A stretch of 62,904 nucleotides of DNA, filler included, from Octopus bimaculoides (lineage: Eukaryota): assembly GCF_001194135.2 (NCBI RefSeq). It is 5 parts of 5 records of this genome, joined end to end, with 100 filler letters (N's around TTAATTAATTAA, not from the genome) between each part and the next. Parts side by side here need not be neighbours in the genome. Positions count along the whole stretch, not along the records: positions 1 to 31,978 come from NC_068984.1; positions 32,079 to 43,794 come from NC_068987.1; 3 more parts are not named here. One strand, written 5' to 3'. Each line of letters opens with the position of its first letter. Position 1 is the stretch's first letter. The notes beneath the pieces are model-generated. The model had not been told where the DNA came from. It did not search any database and worked only from the letters and a program-made list of their open reading frames with translations. A program made the translations under genes and the position numbers. Shown here piece by piece: positions 25,366 to 39,405 of this stretch.

Positions 25366-26084
25366 ATATATATATATGTATGTATGTACGTATGTATGCA
25401 TGTATGCATTTATGTATGTATGTATGTATGTATGTGTGTGTGCATGTGTGCGTAACACGATAAACAGTGAAATAGAGAGAAAGGGTCTGATAGATGAGAG
25501 AGAAAGAAAGGAGAAAACTATTTAAATGTTACATGCTATAGAACTGGAGAAAATGTTTTAATGACTCTAATGCCTAACTGCAGAAGATCACTTTGTAACT
25601 CGCAGACAATCATGTGTTCGTCTATATCGAAACCTCTTTCGTTGCCGTTCCTAAAAGGTTTCATATAATTTCTAAACTTCACCGATTGCAGACAATCAAG
25701 CTAGCGCTTTCTTGTAGAAGGATTTCTCTCCCATAAAAATATGGCGCGCAAACGAGAACAGTATAATTGATTGAATTAATCGAAGTGATTCACAATTTAG
25801 CGAATGAAAATCATAAAAACCGCCGATAAGGTATCGGTATTTCAGCTATAGAGTTTTATCTTCATATTTAATTACCTGTGATGTTTCCAAATCAATGACC
25901 TTATTAGCCATCAACCGAGCGTACCGACGACCGGAGTAGAGGTTATCGTTCTTCTTTCTCGTTATATTCTTTATCCAGTAATTATGTTCTTTCAAAGACT
26001 GACAGCGAACAAGCAGAATCATTAGAGCGCCGGATAAGACGTATTTTCTTTTTTTTTTTTCTTTTTTTGTTTTTTTGTGGTATT

Positions 26085-26260
26085 AATATTTATTCCAGCC
26101 TTCTGCGCTCAGCGATCAAATCCTGTTGAAATCAACTTAGCATCCCATTCCTTTCAGGTCGATAAATATAGATACCAGTTCAGCAATTTGATTTGGAAAT
26201 ATTCTTATAGCTCTGGAAATGATACCTATTTTGGTGGTAATTGGTGCCTTTTGGTAGTAA
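26085..26260 (+). mobile_element. Family A SINE, diverged
   Basis: tcaaatcctgttgaaatcaacttagcatcccattcctttcaggtcgataaa core. Confidence 0.6.
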
Positions 26261-26679
26261 ATTGTGCCAAACTGACACCGACTTTACCATTTCCCATGGA
26301 CAACAGATGGTTTCCATAAACAAATTAGACAATAATTCTTACCTAGGCATGCGCATTGAAGTGGAAAGTTTCGGGTGCAAATGTCATGACACATTGGGTG
26401 ATCTAGGGTGGGCTTTCTTTCACCACATTTGCATACGTATACACATAAAGACAATCAATCCTTCCCATCTATCTGTGTTTTATAGCAATTTTCAAGTAAA
26501 TGCTGGGTACTTCAGGAACCTGGTAGCTGGTCTGACTAGTGTGACTTGATATATGGATACAAAGTTTCTCATTTCAAGAACCCATGAATTGTGGTGGCGG
26601 CCATCTTTACTTCACCGCGTTTAATCTCTGAGAATCTCTGAGTTTACTTCCATTTGATCAAGCATAATGAACAAATACT

Positions 26680-27350
26680 TAAAGAAATAAAACAAAAAGA
26701 ATACAAAAACGTTCGAGTAAGCTTACTCCATCCGGAATGAATCTGATTTTGATTAAGTAAATAAATGAATAGATATAATGGATGATAAGAGAATACCCGA
26801 ATAAAAGAATTAAAGAATAAATGGATCAATGCATAAAGAAACGAATGAATGAAAGAAATAATGAAAGAATTAACGAATAAAAGAATGATCCAAACGAATA
26901 ATGACTCTAAGAATGGTCCAACGAATAAATGAATAAATGAATAAATGAATAAACAAATGAACGTACGAATGAATAAATAACAAAATGATCGAATGAGGAA
27001 TGAAAGAATAAAATAAAAATCAACGTACGAATGTTTGAATAAATAAATAAATTACTAAATGAGGTCATGAACAAAGAATGAATGAATGGATTAAAGAATG
27101 AAGGAGGAAACACGTGAATAAATAGATTAAAGAATGAAGGTGTGTACAAATGAATGAATGAATTAATTAACGAATGAAGGAGTGAACAAATTAATGAATG
27201 AATTAAAGGCTGAAAGAGCGAATACTGAATAAAGAAAAGAATTAGAGAATGAAGAGTGAACAAATGAATGAAAGAGCAAATGATTGAACGAAATAAATGA
27301 ATAAAAGCATAAAAGAGATAACAAAAAAATAAACGAAAGAATAAAGATAT
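26680..27350. repeat. Degenerate (TGAA)n/(GAATAAAT)n low-complexity tract
   Basis: Hundreds of bases of gaatgaataaa variants. Confidence 0.9.
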
Positions 27351-27404
27351 ATGAAAAGAAAAAAATTACAACTAAATTCAAAAAGGAATTGGATTTTTCA
27401 GTTA

Positions 27405-27594
27405 TTGGACTGCGGCCGTGCTGAGGTACGGGTTTATAGGGTGTATTCGAGCAAATCGGCACCAGTACTTATTTTTGAATATGTGCTACGTAATCCATCG
27501 GTGCCTGGGGCCGAATCATCCAAGTTTCAGAGACGTAAACAAACCAGTACTGCATTATCAAGCGATGGGGGTGGGGGGAAGCCCCCCACCACAC

Positions 27595-27595
<1 letters not shown>
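27405..27595 (+). mobile_element. Family C SINE, diverged
   Basis: ttggactgcggccgtgctgag...gagcaaatcg...tcaagcgatggggg matches 62540-62740. Confidence 0.75.
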
Positions 27596-27630
<35 letters not shown>

Positions 27631-28184
27631 NNNNNNNNNNNNNNNNNNNNNNNNNNNNNNNNNNNNNNNNNNNNNNNNNNNNNNNNNNNNNNNNNNNNNN
27701 NNNNNNNNNNNNNNNNNNNNNNNNNNNNNNNNNNNNNNNNNNNNNNNNNNNNNNNNNNNNNNNNNNNNNNNNNNNNNNNNNNNNNNNNNNNNNNNNNNNN
27801 NNNNNNNNNNNNNNNNNNNNNNNNNNNNNNNNNNNNNNNNNNNNNNNNNNNNNNNNNNNNNNNNNNNNNNNNNNNNNNNNNNNNNNNNNNNNNNNNNNNN
27901 NNNNNNNNNNNNNNNNNNNNNNNNNNNNNNNNNNNNNNNNNNNNNTATATATATATATATATATATCCTCTAAGTTCGTTTAATGTAGACGTTTTTGAAT
28001 ATGTGTATAAAAGCTCCTGTTTTATTACGCTTGCTACGGCCTAACGACATCGACTTACAGTAGCAGTTTATTGGGATTGTACGGAGCTGTGCCGATAAAT
28101 ATAGTAATAATAATGATAATCCATGGATGGAATTTATGAATATTTTAATGCATGGCTACTTAGCTTCTCACAAAGCATTGGTCA

Positions 28185-28290
28185 TCCCGAGGGTATTGTA
28201 GATGACACTTGACTAAGGTGTGATGCAGTGGGTCTAAACCCGAAACCATCTGGTTGGTAAGCAATCTTCTTCCCACACACACAGCAACAA
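28185..28290 (-). mobile_element. Family B SINE fragment
   Basis: gacacttgactaaggtg...gcagtggg...ggttggtaagcaatcttcttcccacac. Confidence 0.7.
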
Positions 28291-28485
28291 TTGCGCTTAT
28301 AAGAAAATAATAAATCGAATTTCAACTCCGGTTTTACAATTTTTGCATTAACAGCAATATATTTGACACAAAATGTGTTTTTCTCCCATTTCCAAGCTGA
28401 CAAGGCAATCAATAACAACCAACATTTAAATTTTTTAGCGAAAATCGACGATCAAGACGTTATACTCCATACTTAATTTATCTCT

Positions 28486-28526
<41 letters not shown>

Positions 28527-29140
28527 NNNNNNNNNNNNNNNNNNNNNNNNNNNNNNNNNNNNNNNNNNNNNNNNNNNNNNNNNNNNNNNNNNNNNNNNNN
28601 NNNNNNNNNNNNNNNNNNNNNNNNNNNNNNNNNNNNNNNNNNNNNNNNNNNNNNNNNNNNNNNNNNNNNNNNNNNNNNNNNNNNNNNNNNNNNNNNNNNN
28701 NNNNNNNNNNNNNNNNNNNNNNNNNNNNNNNNNNNNNNNNNNNNNNNNNNNNNNNNNNNNNNNNNNNNNNNNNNNNNNNNNNNNNNNNNNNNNNNNNNNN
28801 NNNNNNNNNNNNNNNNNNNNNNNNNNNNNNNNNNNNNNNNNNNNNNNNNNNNNNNNNNNNNNNNNNNNNNNNNNNNNNNNNNNNNNNNNNNNNNNNNNNN
28901 NNNNNNNNNNNNNNNNNNNNNNNNNNNNNNNNNNNNNNNNNNNNNNNNNNNNNNNNNNNNNNNNNNNNNNNNNNNNNNNNNNNNNNNNNNNNNNNNNNNN
29001 NNNNNNNNNNNNNNNNNNNNNNNNNNNNNNNNNNNNNNNNNNNNNNNNNNNNNNNNNNNNNNNNNNNNNNNNNNNNNNNNNNNNNNNNNNNNNNNNNNNN
29101 NNNNNNNNNNNNNNNNNNNNNNNNNNNNNNNNNNNNNNNN

Positions 29141-29208
<68 letters not shown>

Positions 29209-29310
29209 TTTACGTTTTCAAATGGTACTGTCTTTCAAGTCCCCCTTCCCGTTTCTCTCTAACCTTTTACACGAATAGCCTCACAGAAATACATTTCCTC
29301 CCTCTCTGCG

Positions 29311-29346
<36 letters not shown>

Positions 29347-30314
29347 TGTATGCATGTATGTATGTATGTATGTATATGTATGTGTGTTAGCTCAAAATCT
29401 ACATAAATACTTATGTAGTTTCACAGCTCATAAATAACTGTATGTGTTACTGAGTTTTATTTTCCTTCTTGGTACCCTCGAAGTTACATACATACATGTG
29501 AGTGTATACACGCACAAACTCACACACACACAAACACACACACATTCACACACACGCACACACACATCTATAACGCCATATGAAATAAAATGTGTGACAA
29601 GCAAAATTGATATTTCTTCATGCAAATGATGATTTAGTGGAAACTTCAATGTAAGGAATTTAAATGTATTGAAATTCAGACTACGTTTTAAAATTAAATG
29701 TTATAATTTAAAAAAACTAGTAGGCTCTATATATCAGAGCCGTGCTTCAACATGTCGAATATATCATAGAGTCACATAGAGGCATGAGAGTGCGATTGCA
29801 CACGCATCTACAGTATAGCCATGATACGCGGCCATTTTTCCACGCGTGTTGAAAGGAGAAGGAATGAAGGGCGCTGTCAACAGAAGAAAATATTCTTAGA
29901 TTACATGTCCAGGAAAAGCCTACTAAATGTTAGGATGGAAGCGGAAAATATTTAACATTTCAATATATTTTCTATCGCTTCAAAGCGATTTTTGTGAAAG
30001 TGTTCCAAAAGCCGAATGCAATGATTAAAGAGAAAATCACCTTTGCGCCTACGGACCGACGTATGCAGAATACCGATTGATATTTATAAGCCACGTCGTC
30101 ACTATGATATAATGTACTGTGTTTTCTTAACTTTTAAATATTGTTGCATTTTGGGACTGTCATACTGCATTTACAAACACATATGCTGTTTATGTTTCAC
30201 TTCAGTTTCATTAACAATCAATTAGATTAAATAAATTGATACTGTTTATGATCTTATCAATATGTCATGCTCTCTTGCATACTTCCTGCTCGGTCTTGTA
30301 TTAATATTCTTCGT

Positions 30315-30351
<37 letters not shown>

Positions 30352-30686
30352 NNNNNNNNNNNNNNNNNNNNNNNNNNNNNNNNNNNNNNNNNNNNNNNNN
30401 NNNNNNNNNNNNNNNNNNNNNNNNNNNNNNNNNNNNNNNNNNNNNNNNNNNNNNNNNNNNNNNNNNNNNNNNNNNNNNNNNNNNNNNNNNNNNNNNNNNN
30501 NNNNNNNNNNNNNNNNNNNNNNNNNNNNNNNNNNNNNNNNNNNNNNNNNNNNNNNNNNNNNNNNNNNNNNNNNNNNNNNNNNNNNNNNNNNNNNNNNNNN
30601 NNNNNNNNNNNNNNNNNNNNNNNNNNNNNNNNNNNNNNNNNNNNNNNNNNNNNNNNNNNNNNNNNNNNNNNNNNNNNNNNNNNNNN

Positions 30687-30721
<35 letters not shown>

Positions 30722-30949
30722 TGTATGTATGTGAATTACTCTGCTTTTGACATCATCTGTATAAACTATGTGTGTGCTTTTATAACCCAAGCACCTATAT
30801 CACAGTGTCTAGCAACATTAATAACACAATATTTGGTGTTCTTACAAGACGTACACGTGACATTGGGCATACAGGTTATCTTTTGGTATAAATACTGATT
30901 TCATCGCTAATAATTGATATGTGTGTGCGCATATTTTATGTACAAACTG

Positions 30950-31090
30950 ACATTTATGGAAAGAACTTACTGGCGCTCAAATGATACCAACTTAGACTGA
31001 TGTTTTACGAGGGACCGATTCCCTGGGGGTATAGACATCAGAACCTAAATTCGAATCATTTGAGCGCAAGTAATTGTTTTCTATACCAAG
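30950..31090. mobile_element. Foldback / MITE-like element
   Basis: 19-bp inverted repeat with one mismatch (30967-30985 and 31055-31073) plus weaker inner and outer complementarity. Confidence 0.55.
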
Positions 31091-31978
31091 AATATCTGGA
31101 TGTCGTGTGTTGACTAAACGCGCGCGCGCGCACACACACACACGCACACACACACACACGCACACACACACACACACACACACGCACACACACACACGCT
31201 CACATGCACACACACAAACATACACACACTTACACACATATATACATACATACATACACACATACATACATATATGATGTACGTCAATATTTATATGTGT
31301 CAAACATTATCGGGACGTGTGTTTTTATAGCTACTATGACCCTTCTAGGTTACAACACTAGCAGTTTCAACAAGATTTCACATCAATTTCTAATTTCAAT
31401 ATGATGTTAAACATATGTCCGATTTCCTTACATTAAAAGATATATATATACTTATATCGTCTCAAAAACTTTCCTTTGCGTGCGCATATTTCTATCTGTC
31501 ACATTATTGACCAGAACTTTGAGTGCTTTAATATAAATTCATTTTTGGCACCATTGTTTTTAACTCAAGGATTTTTTTTTTATTTTCCTTAAACAAAAAA
31601 CAAACTTAAAACTTCCAGATTCGACATTTAGATATAATGCATTATAATTACATGAACCTCATTCATATTAATGTAATGTGACGGTTTCGAAACTTCATGA
31701 TTTATAAATGACTTCAATAAATCAAATTCGCAATTGAGCGTAAAGTTTCGCGCTTTATTTAGAAAATTCTGTTAAACTAATTTGGAACTTTGCAAAGGAA
31801 GACTCTGCGTATATCATATAATCGCTTCTTAAACTAGTATTCAATTATCTTTATGTCTCATATAATTATTTTACAGCTGAAAAAAAAAAAAAGGATTGTA
31901 TTTTATATAAACAGCCATTTTCTGTTCTCGAATCTTCTGTTCTAATATTATGTATAATTTCGAATATATATATATATA

Positions 31979-32078
31979 NNNNNNNNNNNNNNNNNNNNNN
32001 NNNNNNNNNNNNNNNNNNNNNNTTAATTAATTAANNNNNNNNNNNNNNNNNNNNNNNNNNNNNNNNNNNNNNNNNNNN
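31979..32078. other. Artificial scaffold spacer (44 N + TTAATTAATTAA + 44 N)
   Basis: Six-frame stop linker at 32023-32034 between N runs; same construct occurs four times. Confidence 0.95.
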
Positions 32079-32180
32079 TCGTTTTCACAAGTCCCTCTTT
32101 TGTTTGGAGCTGTAGCACTGTCTGCCATTTGTTCATTGAGTGCTCTATGTATTTTATGATAATTATTATTATTATTATTA

Positions 32181-32229
<49 letters not shown>

Positions 32230-32269
32230 CATTATTATTATTATCATCATCATCAACATCATCATCATT

Positions 32270-32480
32270 AAGGCAGCAACCTAGTAGAAACGTTAGCGCG
32301 GGCGGTAGAATGCTTATCATAATTTCTTCCGTCCCTTTACATTCTAAGCTCAAATAGTGAGAGGTCAACTTTGCCAGTATATCCTTTCGGATTACCGGTG
32401 AAATACTGAAGTCGACGTAATCGACTATCTTACCTCACTAAAATAGCTGGTATTTTGTCAACATCAGAAACTATTATTAT
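32270..32480 (+). mobile_element. Family A SINE
   Basis: ggcagcaacctagtagaaacgttagcgcgggcgg head and gaggtcaactttgcc core. Confidence 0.75.
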
Positions 32481-33106
32481 CAAAACAAATAATCTTCAAA
32501 TTAACAACAACTCAATTTCTCTAGTGTAAACTTCTCGTCAACACATCAAATACATATGTTGCAACACCATTTAGTCACACATACTTGAAACTAAAAGTAA
32601 ATTATTCAGACTGTGATTGCCAGAGGAATCGAACTCCTGCGTTATGATAAATGTTGTTAGTAATCTTTATTCTCATCGTACTGTATACCGTCTACGCTTA
32701 TTAACAATTTATGCGAGACTAACGTATTTCATAATAGCCATATTATCAAATGCGTTAATTCCTTAACACGGAGAATAGTGACTGACTTAGGAAATAGAGA
32801 GTATAAGATTGCTGGAATAGCAAAGCAGAAAACCGACAAATGAAAAAAGAGGCAGCATTCCCCATTTTACAGCAATATATATCAAACTGAATTAATATAC
32901 GCGGTTTTAGTCATATTTAGAAATAGCATATATCCTGAAAGCATTCGCTCATGTAAGATATATGTCTTTTTTATTGAATAAACAAGTTTCGTTCTTGTAA
33001 AAAAAATAAATGGCCATATGCATACTTTGCAAAGAATAAAGGCATATGTCCATGAATATATACGCATGTAAACATCAATAGAAAAATTCATGTGGAGAGT
33101 AATAAT

Positions 33107-33137
<31 letters not shown>

Positions 33138-33520
33138 NNNNNNNNNNGTGTGTGTGTATGTATGTATATGTGAAGTCATAACACATTTATATATACGCGT
33201 TTGTGTGTGTGCATGTGCATGCAGGTAAATATATGAAATCGTTATACATAGTTTTAATAATTTACTAACGCAATTTATTAAAAATTCTTATTGCTGTTTT
33301 TCTACACATACACACATCACACACAGTCACACCACACACACCACACACACACATACACACATGCTTGTACTGTACATATATTTTATTGCGTTACATATAA
33401 ATGGAAACTAAAACTTAAATAACCTACGTCATTATTTATTTTTATTCAACCAAAAGACATTTATATTACTGATATTTTTTTCAATAAGTGAAATATTGTT
33501 ATATATGTATTTGTATGTTG

Positions 33521-33584
<64 letters not shown>

Positions 33585-36438
33585 CTACCACCTCTGTTTG
33601 CCTGCCTGCTTGCATGCTTGTCTGTTTCTCTTNNNNNNNNNNNNNNNNNNNNNNNNNNNNNNNNNNNNNNNNNNNNNNNNNNNNNNNNNNNNNNNNNNNN
33701 NNNNNNNNNNNNNNNNNNNNNNNNNNNNNNNNNNNNNNNNNNNNNNNNNNNNNNNNNNNNNNNNNNNNNNNNNNNNNNNNNNNNNNNNNNNNNNNNNNNN
33801 NNNNNNNNNNNNNNNNNNNNNNNNNNNNNNNNNNNNNNNNNNNNNNNNNNNNNNNNNNNNNNNNNNNNNNNNNNNNNNNNNNNNNNNNNNNNNNNNNNNN
33901 NNNNNNNNNNNNNNNNNNNNNNNNNNNNNNNNNNNNNNNNNNNNNNNNNNNNNNNNNNNNNNNNNNNNNNNNNNNNNNNNNNNNNNNNNNNNNNNNNNNN
34001 NNNNNNNNNNNNNNNNNNNNNNNNNNNNNNNNNNNNNNNNNNNNNNNNNNNNNNNNNNNNNNNNNNNNNNNNNNNNNNNNNNNNNNNNNNNNNNNNNNNN
34101 NNNNNNNNNNNNNNNNNNNNNNNNNNNNNNNNNNNNNNNNNNNNNNNNNNNNNNNNNNNNNNNNNNNNNNNNNNNNNNNNNNNNNNNNNNNNNNNNNNNN
34201 NNNNNNNNNNNNNNNNNNNNNNNNNNNNNNNNNNNNNNNNNNNNNNNNNNNNNNNNNNNNNNNNNNNNNNNNNNNNNNNNNNNNNNNNNNNNNNNNNNNN
34301 NNNNNNNNNNNNNNNNNNNNNNNNNNNNNNNNNNNNNNNNNNNNNNNNNNNNNNNNNNNNNNNNNNNNNNNNNNNNNNNNNNNNNNNNNNNNNNNNNNNN
34401 NNNNNNNNNNNNNNNNNNNNNNNNNNNNNNNNNNNNNNNNNNNNNNNNNNNNNNNNNNNNNNNNNNNNNNNNNNNNNNNNNNNNNNNNNNNNNNNNNNNN
34501 NNNNNNNNNNNNNNNNNNNNNNNNNNNNNNNNNNNNNNNNNNNNNNNNNNNNNNNNNNNNNNNNNNNNNATATATATATATATATATAATTTTCTTACTT
34601 GATATAGGAAGTAATTATTCACCTGACATTTTTCAGTTAGTCCAAGCGAAGTATATGCTTGTTGCTCATGCATATTATATTTAAGTTGTCACAATATTGT
34701 TTTTTTTTCTTTTATTTTTCTAACTTTGAAATTCATTTCAAACTTTCATATCCTTTTTTAACTTATTTTATTTGCATTGTTTCGCAGAAATTTATATATG
34801 AATATACTTTCACTTTTATGTTATATGGATGTTTTTATGTTATATAGATGTTTTTTTTTTAATGTTATATGGATGTTTTCATGTTAAGAGACGGGAATGG
34901 AAATGCCATAAGAGTGTTAGATATATTCCTTTGCTATGTAGTTATGTTCCAATTTCACGTGCCATATACGAGGTCTAATAGATTGTTATCTATACGACAT
35001 CCTAAAATGTTTTTCGGGTACGTACTATGACCAATTTAACCCAATATACTGTTGATGCTGGTCTACCGTAGCATGACTATATTCTAGTAACTCTCATTTG
35101 AAGTCATTACCCCTCGCTAGTGTTTCGAAATGAACATAACAGCGTGCTTTTCCATCCTAAACTGCTTTCCATCGTAAATCTTATCTATCTTAAACAATGA
35201 AGCAAACTCTAACACAACCTACCAAGAAGGATACTTTTAATTAACCCTTATCAATGCTTCACTCAAATGAGAACAAAATCAACATCGACAATTCGAAAAA
35301 ACAAAAAGAAAAGAAAGAAATATTTAAATATGTCGTTACAACATACTCCACATTGAAAGAAAATAGAAACAGGCTATATAGTGGTGCGCTGTATAATATA
35401 CTTTATTATAACTCTTCAATAATGCATTGTCATTTATGTTACGAAGAGGAGTGCGAGTCTGATTAAGTTGTATCTTTCTCGTTAAATGTGTGTTATGGAT
35501 AAGTTTAAAACTTGCAACGTCTAGTTTGACTTTTGTTGTTATTTAGCTTTAGGTCAGCGTTCGGCCTCAATCCATCTAGCCTTTGACTAAAGGTGTAAAA
35601 TGCATGAACAATGCATCTTTATATCACGTATTTAATATCTCCAAGATCATATCACCTAATATTTTCTCTGAGACAATTTAGGGAAATGCTGAGAGAATTT
35701 AGCAGCTAACTATAAAAATTTGTGCGACGCAGTAGTCGCTTTCTCTTTGCTTTTTATATTGATGGTGTGCCAAATATCGACATATATTAATGGAAACTCA
35801 ATTTATTTCCTCATATTTCCGTAGTAATATTCGTTTCGCATTTACTCAGAAGAAATGTATATTTTCAATATATATTTATATGATTTCAACCATTTTCTAT
35901 TATCTATTATCTTTTTCTTTTAATGAAATTTCCTTAAATGAATGTTCCGATGATAATTGTGATCAAAAATGTTCTTTGTAGAATATGATTTACGTCAAGG
36001 ATGTATGATGCTTATCTTAATGTTACTAAAAGGAATTTAATTCATCCAGTAAGAGGACTTTTATTTAGCCCTGAAAACCTAATGAAATCTGTCAGACTGT
36101 CTGTCTATCAGTCTGTCTGTCCGTCTGTCTGTCTGTCTGCTTGACTGTCGTCGCTTACTTCTGCGTAAGTCTAAACAATTTCTCGTATTTATAAATGTTT
36201 GTTTATGTTGAATTTTTGTCAACAGTTAACAACATCACCTTTTGTTTGATTGTATCGGTCTTCTGAAAATCCCCGCCTTGCGGGTGTTTTTTTGTTTTTA
36301 AAATTTCATTAAAAAATTTCTTTTCAATCTGTCCTGAAAAATGGATAAGTTGTATGACGCTCCAAGCGTTCCCTTGTCTTATATAGACATTAACTTCCCT
36401 TCATTGCTTAACACTGTAGGGAAGAGAGAATCACATTG

Positions 36439-36493
<55 letters not shown>

Positions 36494-36774
36494 NNNNNNN
36501 NNNNNNNNNNNNNNNNNNNNNNNNNNNNNNNNNNNNNNNNNNNNNNNNNNNNNNNNNNNNNNNNNNNNNNNNNNNNNNNNNNNNNNNNNNNNNNNNNNNN
36601 NNNNNNNNNNNNNNNNNNNNNNNNNNNNNNNNNNNNNNNNNNNNNNNNNNNNNNNNNNNNNNNNNNNNNNNNNNNNNNNNNNNNNNNNNNNNNNNNNNNN
36701 NNNNNNNNNNNNNNNNNNNNNNNNNNNNNNNNNNNNNNNNNNNNNNNNNNNNNNNNNNNNNNNNNNNNNNNNCT

Positions 36775-36842
36775 CCAATACTGCCACCAGCACCCTTACC
36801 ACCAACACCACCAACACCCTTACCACCATCACCACCACCACC

Positions 36843-36874
<32 letters not shown>

Positions 36875-36960
36875 CAACAATAACAGCAACAACAACTACA
36901 ACAATAACAACAACAACAGCAATAACAACAACAATAACGACACCAACACGAACAAAGTAA
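36775..36960. repeat. (CCA)/(CAA) trinucleotide tract
   Basis: Directly visible; gives spurious poly-P/poly-T ORFs. Confidence 0.9.
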
Positions 36961-37199
36961 CTTTTCCTCAGCTTTGAGGCAAAGAAAACGAGTTGTTTCC
37001 TTTACGCCACAACAATTAATGGAAACAAGACACCCTTTATCTAAAGAGGTTAATACAATAAAACCAAACACACCACAACACATTTGAGAAAATATTAACA
37101 AAAAACAAAAAAGACAAACAAACAATTATATACAAGACAATCAGTTTAAAAACGAGAAAACCCCAAAACATAAATCACCAAATAATCGAAGTATCCCCA

Positions 37200-37905
37200 G
37201 TTTTGTTTGCCGAGGAGCGTGGCGCTGCTAAAGAAAGATTCAAACAAGGGGAACACCATAGATAACTTCAGGTTTATCACTGCTCAACTCAGATTTGAAG
37301 ATTTTGGCCAAGGTGCTAGGCGAGGGGTTGGCGCTTTTCATAGAAAAATGGTTGACAAGGGGCAAACATGCGCTGTGCCGGGCAGGAATATCCATGACAA
37401 CCTTCATCTGATGCGCGACATCATAGACAGAGTAGTTAAGGAACCTGGCATGGGTGCGACGCTGATCAGTTTGGATCAATCGAAGGGTTTCGATAGGATC
37501 GACTATCGTTACTTGGAGGCTGTCCACAGGGCGGCTGGTTTCAGTCCTGTCTTCCGCGGTTGGTTCCCTGCATTATACAGCGGCTTCTATTCAGACCATT
37601 TAACATCACGTGTTCGGTCCGTCACGGATGCCCCCTCTCATCGCTTCTGTATGTATTGACGCTAGAGTCACTACTACGGAAGCTGACGACGCTGAAGGGC
37701 ATCCTGCGAAAACTCGGATGCGGGAGGAGCGTGTCTGCATACGCGGACGACGTCATCGTCAGAGTGTCGAGCCACAGGCATATCAACCTGGTCGGCGAGA
37801 CATTAAAGGAGTACGAAGCGGTAACGGGAGCGAATATTAACCCGGAAATGTCAGTGGGTTTGAGGCAGTGGAGAAGCAAACCTATGCCATCCAACAGCGT
37901 CTCCA
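37200..37905 (+). mobile_element. L1/Tx1-clade reverse transcriptase fragment, frameshifted
   Basis: Motifs QTCAVPGRNIHDNL, LISLDQSKGFDRI, VRHGCPLSSLLY and AYADDV across ORFs 37207..37659 and 37560..37922. Confidence 0.93.
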
Positions 37906-38089
37906 TCAACCTTTTCAAGTAGAACTTGAAAAGAAAGGTGAGAATAGAGAGGGAATCTTTGTCTCATGAAAGTTTCTATAAAATGTGAGAGAGAGAGCGC
38001 TCTGCTCTCACGTGTTTCTTTTCCTGATGAGATTACCGTGGTCTTTTTCGTAGGCTTTTCTTTCCACGGATAAACCCAAACTGTATTAC

Positions 38090-38950
38090 ATTTTACTCCC
38101 CCTAGACAAAGACCAGAGTAGTAATAGCACTCCACAACACTTCACGAACACAGATATTCCTAATACTTTATGTGGCTGCAGGGATAGAAGTAAGTGCCAA
38201 TTCTCTAATAGATGTAAGACTAAAAACGTAGTTACCAATGTGACGTACACACAAATAGCCATATAAAATCCTATATAGGAGCCACGAAAAACCACATGAT
38301 ACTTAAGTACAACTCACACAAATCTAGTTTCAGAAATAGGAGTAAGGCAAATTCAACAGGGCTTAGTTGCTATATCTGAGAGCTTAAGGACAAAAAAATA
38401 GAGTATAGGTTAGAATGGCGCATACTCGCAAAAACAACTTCTTACAATTCTACCAATAGACAGCGCGATCTCTGTTTAACCGAACGCCTGGAAATTCTAA
38501 CGGCTAAACCACTTCTTCTTAATAGAAAATATGAGAACTGTATTTTTTGTCTTTTCCATATCGGTAAATTCGCTTGAACCTGTACAAATCCTACGCTAGC
38601 ATCTTCATCTAAATAATCCCATTTAGCCGGGAACCACTTAAACTACTTACACGCAAACATTCACCTCCCAACCCCCAATCGCTTTATACACCCCATGATA
38701 AATTATTTTACGGAGTGCGTCCTCCATTACTACGAACTTCCTACAATTTAAGTCCCAAAGACACATAAATTCATTATGCGTAATCCCCGGTCTGAGTAAT
38801 CCGGATAGATATAGCTCCCTTTTCACCATGAGTTAGAGTTAATCCCCTTTATTTACACCGCCGGTGAAAAGTCAAGCTAGAATAAAAACGTGGAAAATAT
38901 GCGCTTTGTTAAACTTGGGACTACTGATTAAAATAACCTCCATCCTACAT
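38090..38950 (-). mobile_element. Possible decayed LINE remnant (ORF1/endonuclease region)
   Basis: Fragmentary reading frames including an ISETR segment reminiscent of APE endonuclease; heavily degenerate. Confidence 0.25.
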
Positions 38951-39003
38951 CCACTTCGCAGCAGAAATATCAACTAAGAAATCTACTATAATGTAAGACT
39001 CAC

Positions 39004-39069
39004 CATTCTTTGTCTTTATTCTTGTTCTCTACATATGAGTCTGCCTTCTGATGATGTCTACCAGTAAAA
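39004..39069 (-). CDS. Candidate internal exon (FTGRHHQKADSYVENKNKDKE), unidentified
   Basis: gtctctgtttaccag acceptor, ATG|gtgagt donor, 66 nt, only phase 2-2 open. Confidence 0.5.
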
Positions 39070-39357
39070 CTGGTAAACAGAGACGATCATAAATGTACTA
39101 ATACTACCACTTCTCATTATTAATTAATCAAATTAATGGCTTACTATCGCAAACGACCAGCTTCCTCCTGTTATCTTTCCTCCATTTTCTTCTTGCATAT
39201 AATTTAAACTATATTTTACTCGCTGAATTACCAGCTACCGTATACTTTTTACCAAGGACTGTACCTATACGGGTAATCACCAGGAGCGCCTTCGGATTTA
39301 ACCGTCCCTTAGAGATTTTAAACACATCTAACTTATACCTGTATACGCACACGCACG

Positions 39358-39405
<48 letters not shown>

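Noticed and set aside
36268-36300. GC hairpin plus T run resembling a bacterial terminator
   Set aside because: Short imperfect stem in eukaryotic DNA; no sign of bacterial contamination nearby.
38024-38082. CTGATGAG followed by a ccgtgg/ccacgg stem (hammerhead-like)
   Set aside because: The GAAA core and cleavage triplet are absent.
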